64,000 nucleotides of DNA from an uncultured delta proteobacterium (GTDB taxonomy: Bacteria > Myxococcota_A > Polyangia > Fen-1088), in assembly GCA_963796685.1 (NCBI GenBank), contig CAWCMR010000025.1, positions 128,001-192,000 of the forward strand, given 5' to 3'. The position numbers were made by a program, and so were the translations under genes. Shown in pieces: positions 10,228 to 20,354 of the stretch (its first letter is position 1; the number at the start of each line of letters is the position of its first letter). Below the pieces are notes generated by a model. It saw nothing but the letters and a program-made list of their open reading frames with translations, was not told where the DNA came from and did not search any database.

Positions 10228-10487
10228 CACCTGAAGAAATCCGCGCCAAGCTCGCCACCATTATCGCCGAAAAGGTCAATAGCCGCGTTTTGGCCCAGCA
10301 GATTCAGTGGGACACCCGTTTGCGCGAAGACTTGGGCATCGACTCGCTGGAGGTCGCCGAGCTGATGTACGAGATCGAGGATACGTTCGGAACAGCCCTC
10401 GAAGATACGGAGCCGACGACGCTGGTTACGGTCCGCGATGCCGTGCACGCCATCGCGCGTGAGCTGCAGGTCCCGCTCGCGAGCTGA
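10224..10487 (+). CDS. Acyl carrier protein
   Basis: LGIDSLEVAEL phosphopantetheine motif; ATGA overlap with the fabF stop; AGGAG RBS. Confidence 0.9.
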   Translation: MTPEEIRAKLATIIAEKVNSRVLAQQIQWDTRLREDLGIDSLEVAELMYEIEDTFGTALEDTEPTTLVTVRDAVHAIARELQVPLAS

Positions 10488-10510
10488 TCTGTGCCGCCTT
10501 CGGTCCGACC

Positions 10511-12368
10511 CTACGAGCGCGTTCGCAGCGCGAGAACCGGGGTCGGACCCGGGACGCGGCAATAGCTTTCGTAGCCGGCATTGCCCAGGTAGCGACGGAG
10601 CAACTTGGGCTCGGCCGTGCGCAAGTCCACGACGATCAAACCATCGATGCAGTTGCCGAAGCTGGCGTCGAGATTGAAGCTGAGCAGGAAGGCATTGAGC
10701 CGCAGATAGTGGCGCAGCAAAACAGGAAGTCCTTTGCTGTCAGCCTCGATCTCGGAAACCAGGGCCGAGACGTCGTCGGCATCGCGCACCAGCGCGACCA
10801 GGGCATCGCTCTCCTGGCGGCTGAGGCGGTCGCGCAGAGGATTTCGCGGCCTGACCAGCGGGCCGAGCGTGGCGTGACTGAAGCGCTTGGTCAGAAAGTC
10901 GACCATCAGCCGGCGCGAGAGGCCTTCGTATTCCTTGCTGATGCTGACGGGACCGAACAGCACCTTGTAGGTGGGATTGCGCACCAGATACTCGCCGATC
11001 CCCCGCCAGATGAGCGCCAGGGGTATGGCCTGACCTTGGTATTCCTGGCGCACGAAAGACCGCCCCATTTCCAGCGCCGGGCCTAGCCGATCGAGCAGCC
11101 CCGGCTTGAGCTTGAAGAGCGTGTTCGTGTACAAACCGGCCGCCCCCTGTTCCTTCAGGATCTTGTCGACCATTCCCAGCCGGTAGCTGCCAACCACCTC
11201 GCGGTTGGCCGAATTCCACAAGAACAGGTGCTGGTAGTGGCTATCGAAACGGTCCACGTCGCATGCCCGACCGGTTCCTTCTCCCACTGCCCGGAAGGTG
11301 CGCTCGCGCAACTGCCCGATCTCGGCAAGCAGCGACCCAATCTCGCGCGCGCCTGCGAGGAAGACCTGGTACTTTCCCTGCTCGGCCAGCAGCGCCGACG
11401 CCGGCAGGCGCGACACCTCCGCGGCGAGCTCGTGGCATGGCTGCGGCACCGCCAACGGTTCGAATGTGCCTTCGCAAGCACGCGGTGCAAATCGCGGACG
11501 GATAGGGCTTTCACGCCACTTCAGCATGTACGTCTTGAAGCGAAGATAGCTCGTCAAGGTTCGGTCATCGGGGTAACGCGACACCTTGCGCGGCTCGATG
11601 GGCCGCCCGATGCGCACTGCCACCCGCGAACCAGTGCGTTTCAACATCTCCGAGGGGAGCAAGGCCGTGCGCAGCTTGGGGTGAATGAGCCCGGAAAGCT
11701 GGAAGACCATGCTGTTGTGCCCATCGAAGAACATGGTGAGGACGGTTGCGCCGCTTCTGCGCACCAGTCCCGCGACGGTCTTGTGCCAGACGGGATCGGC
11801 GATGCAACCCTTGCGCAGACTGCAGGTGCGACACGACTCCCGCAGGGAAGATCCCCAGCGCCCCACCCTGCTCGAGCCACTTGATGGCCAGGCGAAGCCG
11901 CGAGACATTGCGCGCCTGGGACCGCGGGCCGCCGAAGGCATCGACGGGCAGAATCCACGGGGCCAGCTCGGGGATGTTCTGCAGCAATGCGTTCGCCATC
12001 AATCGAAAATCCGGTCGCACCTGGGTCAGAATGTCGCCCAAGATCAAACCATCCACGGCTCCGAAGGGATGATTGGCGACAATGACGAGGGGTCCTTGGA
12101 CCGGAATCTTCGCCACATCCTCGGGCGCCAAATCGTAGGCCACGCCCAGCCCGCGCAAAGCCGTGGCGAAGTAGCTGCGATCCCCGGCAATGGGAGACAT
12201 GCAAGCGTACACGTGATTGAGCGTGTCGAGCGAAAGGAACCTATCGATCGGCTGTTCGAGCAGTCGATAGACGGTTCGCCCCATGGGGCTGGTAATGCTT
12301 TCGCCCAAGTCCACCAGACGGTGGGGGACTCGCACGAGTCGATTCTTCTCCCGGGACTGATTCGGCAT
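10511..12368 (-). CDS. Two-domain acyltransferase (PlsC-like + GNAT), OlsF-like ornithine lipid synthase; +1 frameshift near 11820
   Basis: N-terminal NHPFGAVD (HxxxxD) and IFPAG; C-terminal EIGQLRERTFRAVGEGTG, GSYRLG, LEMGRSFV, FGNCIDGLIVVD. Removing one T in CAG-T-CTG gives GVVSHLQLRKGCIADP. Confidence 0.75.
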
Positions 12369-12395
12369 CGTCTTCTCCCTCGACGTTGTCGCTCG

Positions 12396-12578
12396 CTAGC
12401 ACACCCAGATGGGCATGCCTTCCTCGGCCATGGCGAACCATTCGTCGAGGCGCAGGGTGCGTAGTTGCTCGTCCAGCTCGAAATCCGCAGGATCGAGCGC
12501 GGTTTCCTTTTCGAGCACCGATTCGCCCGAGCTTCGCGTCGGACCGGCTCTGCGCTGCCCGTGTTTGACGGCTGCCAT
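12396..12578 (-). CDS. Small acidic hypothetical protein (60 aa) upstream of the OlsF-like gene
   Basis: AAGGAGGT RBS 4 nt before ATG 12578; co-oriented with the downstream gene. Confidence 0.55.
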   Translation of the reverse strand: MAAVKHGQRRAGPTRSSGESVLEKETALDPADFELDEQLRTLRLDEWFAMAEEGMPIWVC

Positions 12579-12613
12579 GTGAACCTCCTTGGCTGGGCAC
12601 ACTCTAGCCGGGA

Positions 12614-12657
12614 CGGTGTTTCAACGGAGTGACAGCTAAGCAACCATTCGCCGACAG
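12614..12657 (-). promoter_or_regulatory. Pho-box-like repeats upstream of the small ORF/OlsF-like unit
   Basis: Minus strand, 11-bp period: CTGTCGG / TGGTTGC / CTGTCAC / TTGAAAC; the third unit is a canonical PhoB half-site. Confidence 0.45.
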
Positions 12658-12664
12658 GCGGTTA

Positions 12665-13420
12665 CTACAGGCCGTGCGGTTCCGCGGGCTCGGCCAGGCG
12701 AAAACCCACCCCGCGCACGGTTTGCAACAGATCGGCCGCGGTCGCGAGCTTGTCGCGCAGACGCTTGATGTGGGTGTCGACGGTGCGGCTGGCAACCTCG
12801 GGATGGTAACCCCACACCTCGGTCAGCAGCTCCTTGCGCGTACACATGCGTCCGGGCGAGCGAAGGAGAAAGAGCAGCAACCGCATCTCGAGCGCGCTGA
12901 CGCGGATCTCTTTGTCATCCACGAAGGCACGATGGGCGGATTCATCGACACGCAGGTTGCGCATGCCGAGGGTCGGATTGGCCTTCTCGGTTTCTGCCGC
13001 CTCCCGCGTGGTGGCAGCCGCCATGATCGCCTTTCTCATCTTGAGTCGCGCTTCCACACGCAGCATCAATTCGCGCACGCTGAAGGGTTTGGCCACGTAG
13101 TCGTCGGCTCCCATTTCGAATCCCACCACGCGATCGGCTTCTTGGACACGGGCCGAGAGAATGATGACGGCGGGCTGGTCGGGGCGTGGCGAATGGCGCA
13201 GGCGGCGGCAGATGTCCATGCCCGACATGTCCGGCAGCATCAGGTCGAGCAGGACCAAATCGGGTCGAAAGGTTTCCAGCGAAGCCAGGGCCACCGCCCC
13301 CCGATCGGCCACCTGGGCTTCGTAACCGCTGGCGCGTAGGGCATAGGCCAGCGAGCTGCCGATATCGATTTCGTCCTCCACGACGAGGACGCGCTCCTTG
13401 AGCTGGATTGAAGACTCCAT
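12665..13420 (-). CDS. OmpR-family response regulator, PhoB/PhoP-like; no cognate kinase in window
   Basis: LVVEDE, LLDLMLPD, GADDYVAKPF, RTVDTHIKRLRDKL, TVRGVGFR. Confidence 0.9.
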   Translation of the reverse strand: MESSIQLKERVLVVEDEIDIGSSLAYALRASGYEAQVADRGAVALASLETFRPDLVLLDLMLPDMSGMDICRRLRHSPRPDQPAVIILSARVQEADRVVGFEMGADDYVAKPFSVRELMLRVEARLKMRKAIMAAATTREAAETEKANPTLGMRNLRVDESAHRAFVDDKEIRVSALEMRLLLFLLRSPGRMCTRKELLTEVWGYHPEVASRTVDTHIKRLRDKLATAADLLQTVRGVGFRLAEPAEPHGL

Positions 13421-13557
13421 GGTCGCAAGGAGTATTGGCCCCGCCTGTTGCGATTCGGTGACGGACGCGTGAATTCTTGCCCCGTGCAGCGCCAGCTAGC
13501 GTCGCATGTCGACCCGAAACCGCGATTCAGTTCTTGGACATCGCGGCGGCAATCGAC

Positions 13558-16053
13558 TCAGCGCGGGCATTCGAGCGGTGTTTCCACGTCGAAGCAGGTC
13601 GGCTCTTCGCCCGAGGCGCGTAGGCCGTTGCTGTACACCGGGATGTGCGGTGTCCTGGGCTGGTCGTCGCTGTTCGCCGGAGGCGCTTGCAGCCCCTGGT
13701 AGCTCCAGTCGTTCGACGGATCCCAGGTGCAGCTCGAGGTGTTGTTGACGCCGATTTCGAGCATGAATTGGCGAGGGCCACCGATGATCGGCATCCGCCC
13801 CCAGAACGCATAACCTTCGAAGCCGATATCGACGTAGTAGGTTGACGGGCTCTGCGGACACGGCTTGGGTTTGCTGATGGTTGTCGGCTCGCCCCACTCG
13901 CTGGCACCGCGATCGTAGATCAGGCTGGCGGTCACGTCGCCTATCGAGCCGCCCTTCTTTTGCAGCTCGCTGATGTCGAAGAAGTACTTGATGCTCAAGT
14001 GCTTGTCGTAGCGTGGGACATGGACGGATTCGTTGATCAAGGTGACGGATACCTGCGAGTGGCAGCTGTTCGTGCTGTTGTAGTTCGAGAGGGTGTAGAA
14101 CTCGTCCCAATCCGGTTCGAGTGGCGGGAAGGTCGCAAGCGGGCACTGACCGCTGCCGTCCAGCTCGTAGAGGGCGGCGAGCGCCGCGATGAGCGAGGCA
14201 TTGTAGTCGATGGTGACCTCGTTGCTGCCGAAGTCGGAGCGCTTGTCGACGTGGTTGTCGCTTTCATCGGGACCGTTGACCAGGGCCCCCCAAATGATGT
14301 GGCGATTCTCCACCGGGTTGTCGGGCTCGCCCCAGATCGAGGCGTGTCCCGCGGCGTGGTGGGGCTGCATGCAATACTTGTCGGTGTAGCCCATCATGTA
14401 GGAGGTCTTGAGCGGGTTGTCGCCGAGGATGTACGCCATTTGCTTCCTGGCCCACGGCTGGATCGCCTTCACGGCAGCGCTGTCATCGGGAAACAGCTTG
14501 GCGTAGAGCAAGGCCACGAACTGTCCCGCCGAATTGTAGCGGGCAGAGCCGTAGGCATTGAGCACGGCGAATCCGCCCGGCGTCGTGGCCACCGTGCCGT
14601 CCGTCCATTTCATGGAATCCTCGCGTGCGATGGTCGCCATGCCCTGAGCCGCCGGATGGCCGAGGTCACGCAGGATTTGCGCCATCTTGAGGAAGACGCC
14701 CGTGCGCGCCGTCTCCCAGTCGTACGTCGCCGATTCGCTCCAGCAACTGGCTCCAGTGCGCTGCAGACAGGTCGTCACGAAGCCGGGGAAGCCATCCAGC
14801 CAGCCGCCGCCGGCGGCGTTCGGCCCCAGGATGTCGTCGAGATACGACTGCTCGCCGGTCGCGAGGTAGAGCCAAACCGCTGCCCAGGCCAATTCGTCGT
14901 AGGCGTAATCGGAATGGTAGAGGCCGACCGCATCGGACCCGACGACGTCGGGGTGCCTTGCGGCGAGCTTGTACAGGGCTTTGGCGTATGCGAGGGACTT
15001 GTCCGCGTAGGCCGCGTCCTTGCCGCTGATCACCAGCGAGGTCAGGGCCAAGGCGGCGGCCGCGCTCGCCGTCTCGTCCGAGGCGGGCTTGTCGTCGGTA
15101 GCGAAGTAACCTTTGCGCGGGCAGAAGTCGATGCGGCGTAGCTCCGGGGGCATCCAGTAGCAAGAATGGTCGGATGCATCGCTGACCTGGTGGGCGAATG
15201 CCACCACGTTGCCGCCGCTGTCGAGGAAGGTCGACTTCATGAAGTAGTCGTCCGCCCAGCGCAGCAGATTGAATGCCTCGTCCTCGAGGCCCGTGGCGCG
15301 GAAGGAATTCGGGAACTCGTACATGCTCCAGGCCAGGGTCGAGGCCGTGAACCCCGTGGTGAGCCCGAATTTGATGAAGTCGCCCGCATCGTGGAAACCG
15401 CCCGACAGGTCGACCTCGCCGGTGTTGTTCGGATCGAGAATGCTCTTGTACTTGGTGATGAAGGCCTGCGACAAATCCACGCCGGTGGCGGCGTTGGGAT
15501 CCAGCTTGATGTGCTGATCCATGACGTGGGCATCGCCTCGCCACTGCACGTAGGTGTTCACGACACCCGGTCCGGATTTGTTCACGTTGAGAAACCACAA
15601 GGCCTTCTGAAAAGCCTCGCCCAGCCCGCCCTCGGTGCCCTGGCAGGTGGGGTTCTGGGGAAAATTGAGCGGCGGAACCGGAGTCGGGCAATTGGTGTCG
15701 GGAATGATGCGCGCATCGGCGACAGTGTCCGGGCCTGCATCTCGACCGGCATCGGGGCCCAGGTTCACATCCGGACCAACCACGGCATCTCGACCGGCAT
15801 CCGGTCCGACAACAAAGACGGTGTCGGGAATCGCTCCGTCGGGAAGAGGCTCCACCACAAATGGTGGAATGTACACCCCACCATCGAGCATGCCCGGTTC
15901 CACCGGCGGCGACGGCCCGACCGGGGGCGGGTCGATGACCACGACCTTGGGCTGTCCCGATTGCAACAATAGGTGCGAGTTGCAACCGAAGGCGCCTACC
16001 GTCAAGGTGGCTACCAAACCGAGGAACACATGGGTGCACGAATGGTGATGCAT
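13558..16053 (-). CDS. GH9 endoglucanase with C-terminal CBM3-like module, lipoprotein
   Basis: DLSGGFHDAGDFIKFG, DELAWAAVWLY, PHHAAGH, NEVTIDYNASL (catalytic residues present); CBM3c-like KYFFDISE...WDPSNDWSY; AFGC lipobox; start at MHHHSC (16053). Confidence 0.9.
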   Translation of the reverse strand: MHHHSCTHVFLGLVATLTVGAFGCNSHLLLQSGQPKVVVIDPPPVGPSPPVEPGMLDGGVYIPPFVVEPLPDGAIPDTVFVVGPDAGRDAVVGPDVNLGPDAGRDAGPDTVADARIIPDTNCPTPVPPLNFPQNPTCQGTEGGLGEAFQKALWFLNVNKSGPGVVNTYVQWRGDAHVMDQHIKLDPNAATGVDLSQAFITKYKSILDPNNTGEVDLSGGFHDAGDFIKFGLTTGFTASTLAWSMYEFPNSFRATGLEDEAFNLLRWADDYFMKSTFLDSGGNVVAFAHQVSDASDHSCYWMPPELRRIDFCPRKGYFATDDKPASDETASAAAALALTSLVISGKDAAYADKSLAYAKALYKLAARHPDVVGSDAVGLYHSDYAYDELAWAAVWLYLATGEQSYLDDILGPNAAGGGWLDGFPGFVTTCLQRTGASCWSESATYDWETARTGVFLKMAQILRDLGHPAAQGMATIAREDSMKWTDGTVATTPGGFAVLNAYGSARYNSAGQFVALLYAKLFPDDSAAVKAIQPWARKQMAYILGDNPLKTSYMMGYTDKYCMQPHHAAGHASIWGEPDNPVENRHIIWGALVNGPDESDNHVDKRSDFGSNEVTIDYNASLIAALAALYELDGSGQCPLATFPPLEPDWDEFYTLSNYNSTNSCHSQVSVTLINESVHVPRYDKHLSIKYFFDISELQKKGGSIGDVTASLIYDRGASEWGEPTTISKPKPCPQSPSTYYVDIGFEGYAFWGRMPIIGGPRQFMLEIGVNNTSSCTWDPSNDWSYQGLQAPPANSDDQPRTPHIPVYSNGLRASGEEPTCFDVETPLECPR

Positions 16054-16206
16054 GGAACTTGTCCGACCGTGAAGGCGCAACATCCGCTCCCGAGAAGCCC
16101 TGGCGGCAGCTGCCGGATGGTACCATATACTATGGTCGCTTCTGAAAGCGCCGCGCTTAGACTCATGGCGTTGCCAGGTGACGGCTCTCACGCCATCTTT
16201 CGGTCG

Positions 16207-16235
16207 TGAGCCAATCCCTGGCCGCCTCGCTACTG
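16207..16235 (+). promoter_or_regulatory. Putative ECF promoter, likely autoregulatory for ECF-1
   Basis: TGAGCC-N17-CTACTG, 33 nt before ATG 16269; the motif recurs at six other sites. Confidence 0.65.
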
Positions 16236-16268
16236 TGTACGCATACGAACCCTTACCCTTGTCGGTCC

Positions 16269-16907
16269 ATGTCAATTCGCCGTTTCCATATACCGCTCTC
16301 GCTCGTGGTCGATCCGGACAATGGGAACGTCAGCGACAGCGACCTTGCGCGGGCGCTCATCGCCGGGGCTGCCTGGGCACACGCCGAAACGTGGAATCGT
16401 TTCGCGCCCATGGTGTTCGGCATGGCGGCCCGTGCCCTGGGTTCGGAATCCGAGGCGGAAGACGTGGTCCAGGAGGTCTTCTACCGCGTGCTCGCGAAAG
16501 CCAAGTCCCTGCGCAATCCCGAGAGCCTGCACAGCTTCATCGTCTCGTTCGCCATCCGCATCCTGAAATGGGAGCTGCGTCGGAAGCGAACGCGAAGTTG
16601 GCTGTCCTTCCGCCAGCCGGAGCTGCTGGCCGATATCGCGTGCGAGACGCTGGACGTCGAGTCGCGCGATCTCCTGCGGAGATTCTATGCGTTTCTGTCT
16701 CGCCAAGCGCCGCGCGAGAGGCTGGTCCTTTCGCTGCGTTACTTGGAATCGATGACGGTCGAGGAGATCGCCAAGGCCATGGAGCTCTCGGTGTCCACGG
16801 TGAAGAGGTCATTGGAATGCGCCAAGAGAAAGTTGTCGCATTGGATCGAGACCGATCTCGAGCTGGTCGGACTTCTCGATGGAAAGCGTGGATTCAATGA
16901 AGACTGA
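16269..16907 (+). CDS. ECF sigma factor (ECF-1)
   Basis: EAEDVVQEVF (region 2) and MTVEEIAKAMELSVSTVKRSL (region 4 HTH). Confidence 0.9.
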   Translation: MSIRRFHIPLSLVVDPDNGNVSDSDLARALIAGAAWAHAETWNRFAPMVFGMAARALGSESEAEDVVQEVFYRVLAKAKSLRNPESLHSFIVSFAIRILKWELRRKRTRSWLSFRQPELLADIACETLDVESRDLLRRFYAFLSRQAPRERLVLSLRYLESMTVEEIAKAMELSVSTVKRSLECAKRKLSHWIETDLELVGLLDGKRGFNED

Positions 16908-18201
16908 TGGTGGTGAACGGACAGATCCTTCTGCGCTCGAGACCCTGACCGCGCTCGCCCGTCACAGCGTGCGTCCTGCCACGCCCGCGCAGCTCAGCCG
17001 GGGCTGGTCCGCGGTCTCGATTCGCCTTGCCGCCCGCAAGGCGCGATGGAAAGGCATGCTTCGTCTGACCTTGGTCGGAGCCACGGCCTCTGCCTTGGCC
17101 TTGGTCGCGCTCGGCATCGTCTCGTGGTCTCGCGCGCATTTGCAGCCCACGGTGCCTGCCCCGCTTGCCTACCAGATCCAGGGTGGCAGCGTCGTAGAAG
17201 GTGGGTACCTTCGGGAATCGGGCAAAGGGGCCGTCAAGCTCGTCTTCGCGGAAGGGACCGAGCTCGTGCTCATGCCGGGAGCGCGCGGGCGGCTACGCTC
17301 GGTCGAGAGCACGGGCGCCCGCATCGCCATCGAACATGGCACGGCGTCCTTCCAGGTCACGCCACGCAGCGATGCCAGGTGGCTGGTCGACGTCGGCCCC
17401 TTCCTGGTCACGGTCAAGGGAACGGTGTTCACGGTTTCCTGGGATGCGGTCAAGGAACGATTCGAGCTCAGGCTGCAGCACGGCCGCGTGTCGGTCACCG
17501 GTCCGATTGCCGGCGGCACGATTCCGCTGCGCGCCGGCCAACGACTGGTCATCAACCTGCCCAAGGAAGAAATCCTCATCACCGAGCAGAAGCCGGAAGA
17601 GGCCTGGCTGGGGATGCCGCCGGGCGGGCCGACCCCCGCGACCGACGTCGCCGCGGAGGATCGTCCGACCGCGGGCCCCGCGGACCAGGGATCCTCGGGG
17701 CCATCCCCATCCGTCGCGGGCAAGACGAATGGTCGGCGCACGTGGGCCGAGGCACTGGCATCGGGTGACTGGGACCGGATTCTCACCGACGTGGACCGCA
17801 TCGGCGTGCAGCGGACGCTGGCCGATGCGTCCAGCGAGGATCTCTTCGCCCTGGCCGATGCCGCCCGATATCGACGCCGCCGCGGCTTGGCGCGCGCGGC
17901 CCTGCTGGCGGAGCGAAAGCGCTTTCCGGAATCGGTCCGCGCCCTCGATGCCGCCTTCCTGCTCGGCCGTTTGGAGGAAGCGAATGAACGAGGCACGAAC
18001 AAGGCCATCGCCTGGTACGACGAGTATCTGGCCCGAGCGCCGAACGGGACGTACGCCTCGGAAGCCCTCGGACGAACGATGACCGCGACCAGCCAGCTGG
18101 AAGGCACCGCGCGGGCGCAGCCCGTCGCCGAGGACTATCTCCGCCGTTTTCCGGATGGTACCTACGCAGGGGCGGCACGAGCGCTGCTTACCGCCCCCTG
18201 A
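16897..18201 (+). CDS. Transmembrane anti-sigma factor with FecR-like and C-terminal TPR-like domains
   Basis: Overlaps the sigma stop; one TM helix; FecR-like IEHGTASFQV...VTVKGTVFTV...LQHGRVSV; TPR-like AAFLLGRL, YLRRFPDGTYA. Confidence 0.85.
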   Translation: MKTDGGERTDPSALETLTALARHSVRPATPAQLSRGWSAVSIRLAARKARWKGMLRLTLVGATASALALVALGIVSWSRAHLQPTVPAPLAYQIQGGSVVEGGYLRESGKGAVKLVFAEGTELVLMPGARGRLRSVESTGARIAIEHGTASFQVTPRSDARWLVDVGPFLVTVKGTVFTVSWDAVKERFELRLQHGRVSVTGPIAGGTIPLRAGQRLVINLPKEEILITEQKPEEAWLGMPPGGPTPATDVAAEDRPTAGPADQGSSGPSPSVAGKTNGRRTWAEALASGDWDRILTDVDRIGVQRTLADASSEDLFALADAARYRRRRGLARAALLAERKRFPESVRALDAAFLLGRLEEANERGTNKAIAWYDEYLARAPNGTYASEALGRTMTATSQLEGTARAQPVAEDYLRRFPDGTYAGAARALLTAP

Positions 18202-18211
18202 TCAGGTCCCC

Positions 18212-19249
18212 GTGGGTCGGTTCACCCTCACCTTGTCTCTTCTCGCGGCCATGCTGTGGGCGACATCCTCGCTCGCGGCAACGGTGGTTCTCGTGCGGCC
18301 CCCCCATCCCACGACGGGCATGACCGAGGCCCTGGTGCGCATCCACGGAGAGCTGGTGTCGGCGGGCTTCGGGGTGGAGAGCGCGGATGGACCGGCCGTG
18401 GAAAGCACGGATGGGGAATCCCGGAGCTGGCTGGAGCAGTTGGCGGCACGCCGTGGCGCCGACGCGGTCATTGCCGTGATGGGAGACAAGTCGCCCGATT
18501 CCGTCGAGGTATGGGTCGTCGATAAGGTGACCGGAAAGTCGGTCGTCCGCCATGTCCCCTTTCGCCCGCTGTCGGCAAAGGGGCCGGAGACCCTGGCCAT
18601 TCAAGCCGTCGAGCTTTTGCGCGCCAGCTTCCTCGAGATCGATCTCACTTCCAATGCCCGACCGAGCGAGGTCAAACCGGCTCCGCCGCCGACGGTGGTT
18701 CACTTCGTGGAGATGGAACAAAGGGCGAAACAGGCGGAGCGTTTTGGCGTCGAAGTGGGTGGGGCTGCGAGCATGAGCTTGGACGGGGTCGGTCCGGCGG
18801 TCATGCCCGTCGTGCGTTTCGCTTGGGCCGCGCGACCATGGTTCATCGCGCACGCGACCGTGGCTGGAATGGGCAGTCGACCCAGCGTCCGAACCTCGGC
18901 GGCGAGCGCCCAGGTCGATCAGGAATTCGCCCTGCTCGGTGCCAGCTACTGCTTCAGGGTCGACACGCGGTTGCGGCCCTTCGTCTCGCTTTCCGCCGGC
19001 GTGCTTCATACCGCGGTGGAGGGCCGCGCCGACTGGCCGTTGCAAGCACAGCATGCGGGACAATGGTCCTTCTTGCTCGACGGGGGAATCGGCGCGGAGG
19101 CGCCGCTGCGAGAGCGTTTCTACCTGTCGCTGGCCGCACGCGCGCAAGTCGCCGACCCCTATCCCGCCGTTCGTCTTGCGGGCGCCGTGGTCGCCACGGC
19201 TGAACGTCCAAGCATCCTTCTGACCCTCTCGCTCGGAGCCTGGCTATGA
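18212..19249 (+). CDS. Exported protein with periplasmic N-domain and probable small (about 8-strand) OM beta-barrel
   Basis: Signal peptide ending SLA; Pro linker; amphipathic strands including LRPFVSLSAG; terminal LSLGAWL beta-signal-like end. Confidence 0.65.
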   Translation: MGRFTLTLSLLAAMLWATSSLAATVVLVRPPHPTTGMTEALVRIHGELVSAGFGVESADGPAVESTDGESRSWLEQLAARRGADAVIAVMGDKSPDSVEVWVVDKVTGKSVVRHVPFRPLSAKGPETLAIQAVELLRASFLEIDLTSNARPSEVKPAPPPTVVHFVEMEQRAKQAERFGVEVGGAASMSLDGVGPAVMPVVRFAWAARPWFIAHATVAGMGSRPSVRTSAASAQVDQEFALLGASYCFRVDTRLRPFVSLSAGVLHTAVEGRADWPLQAQHAGQWSFLLDGGIGAEAPLRERFYLSLAARAQVADPYPAVRLAGAVVATAERPSILLTLSLGAWL

Positions 19250-20181
19250 ACCTACATCGATACTGCTTCACCTTCCTCTGGCTGGCGATCGGCTGCACAC
19301 GCGGCACGCTGGATGCCGTGTTGCCTGGGCCCGCAACGGACGGCGGCGGCAATGCCGGCGGCAACGAGGCCGGCATCGGCAGCGTGACCTGCCCGTCGCC
19401 CGCGCTCAAAGCGGGCGACACCAACCAGACGGTCCAGGTGGGCGCCACGACCCGCAGCTATGTCTTGCACATTCCCGCGACGTACGACAACAGCAAGCCA
19501 GCTCCCCTGATCCTCGATTTCCATGCCCAGAATGGCTCGGGGCCGAGCGAGCTGTCGCTGTCGCCCTATCCCGCGCAAACCGATCCGGAGGGCGTCGTCA
19601 TGGCCTTTCCGACCGGCCTCAAAGGACCGGGGGGCGCCGCCTGGAACGTGGGACCGTGTTGCGTGGCCGGGGTCGACGATGTGGCGTTTGCCAGGGCGCT
19701 CGTGGCGCAGGTACAGGCCGCCGCCTGCATCGACCCCAAGCGCGTCTACGCCGTGGGCCTGGCCACGGGGGGGGGCATGGCCTACTACCTCGCGTGCCAC
19801 ACGGCCGATATGGTCGCGGCGGTGGCGCCGGCCGCGTTCGACTTGCTGGAAGAGAACGTCGGCGATTGCAAGCCATCGCGCCCCGTCACGGTGATCTCGT
19901 TTCGTGGCACCGCCGATACGTTGGTGCCCTACGTCGGCGGGTACTCCACGGTGGTGCCGGGCATGCCGGTCACCTTTCTCGGCGCGCAGGCGACCTTCCA
20001 GAAGTGGGCAGAGCTCGACCAGTGTACGGACTCGCCATCGCTGACGGACAGCAGCGGCTGCTCGACCTATTCCGCGTGCCAGGGCGGCGTCGAGGTGGTG
20101 CTGTGCACGAAGCAGGGCGGTGGACTGGAAGCCGGCAATCCCAGCGTCGCGTGGCCGGTGCTCAGGCGCCACACGCTGTGA
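19246..20181 (+). CDS. LpqC/PHB-depolymerase-type esterase-fold lipoprotein, predicted catalytically inactive
   Basis: AIGC lipobox; colinear with the 33103 paralog but GLATG replaces GYSLG and KQGGGL replaces KQGGGH; ATGA-coupled to the barrel gene. Confidence 0.8.
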   Translation: MNLHRYCFTFLWLAIGCTRGTLDAVLPGPATDGGGNAGGNEAGIGSVTCPSPALKAGDTNQTVQVGATTRSYVLHIPATYDNSKPAPLILDFHAQNGSGPSELSLSPYPAQTDPEGVVMAFPTGLKGPGGAAWNVGPCCVAGVDDVAFARALVAQVQAAACIDPKRVYAVGLATGGGMAYYLACHTADMVAAVAPAAFDLLEENVGDCKPSRPVTVISFRGTADTLVPYVGGYSTVVPGMPVTFLGAQATFQKWAELDQCTDSPSLTDSSGCSTYSACQGGVEVVLCTKQGGGLEAGNPSVAWPVLRRHTL

Positions 20182-20354
20182 ACCGACAAACGCTCTTGCC
20201 GACGGTGTAGACACCGCCCCCCCGTCGCGTGTCGCTAGGATCTGCCTACTGGGGCCCTCCCCCCTAATCCCGCGACAAGCGCAGTGACGTCGCGGAAGGC
20301 AGCAGAAAGAGACGCCATTCCACGATAGAGGCTCGCACCCAATCGGAGCGGCGA

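Noticed and set aside
8878-10487. Type II PKS cluster
   Set aside because: Single KS with FabF motifs; no chain-length factor, cyclase or reductase nearby.
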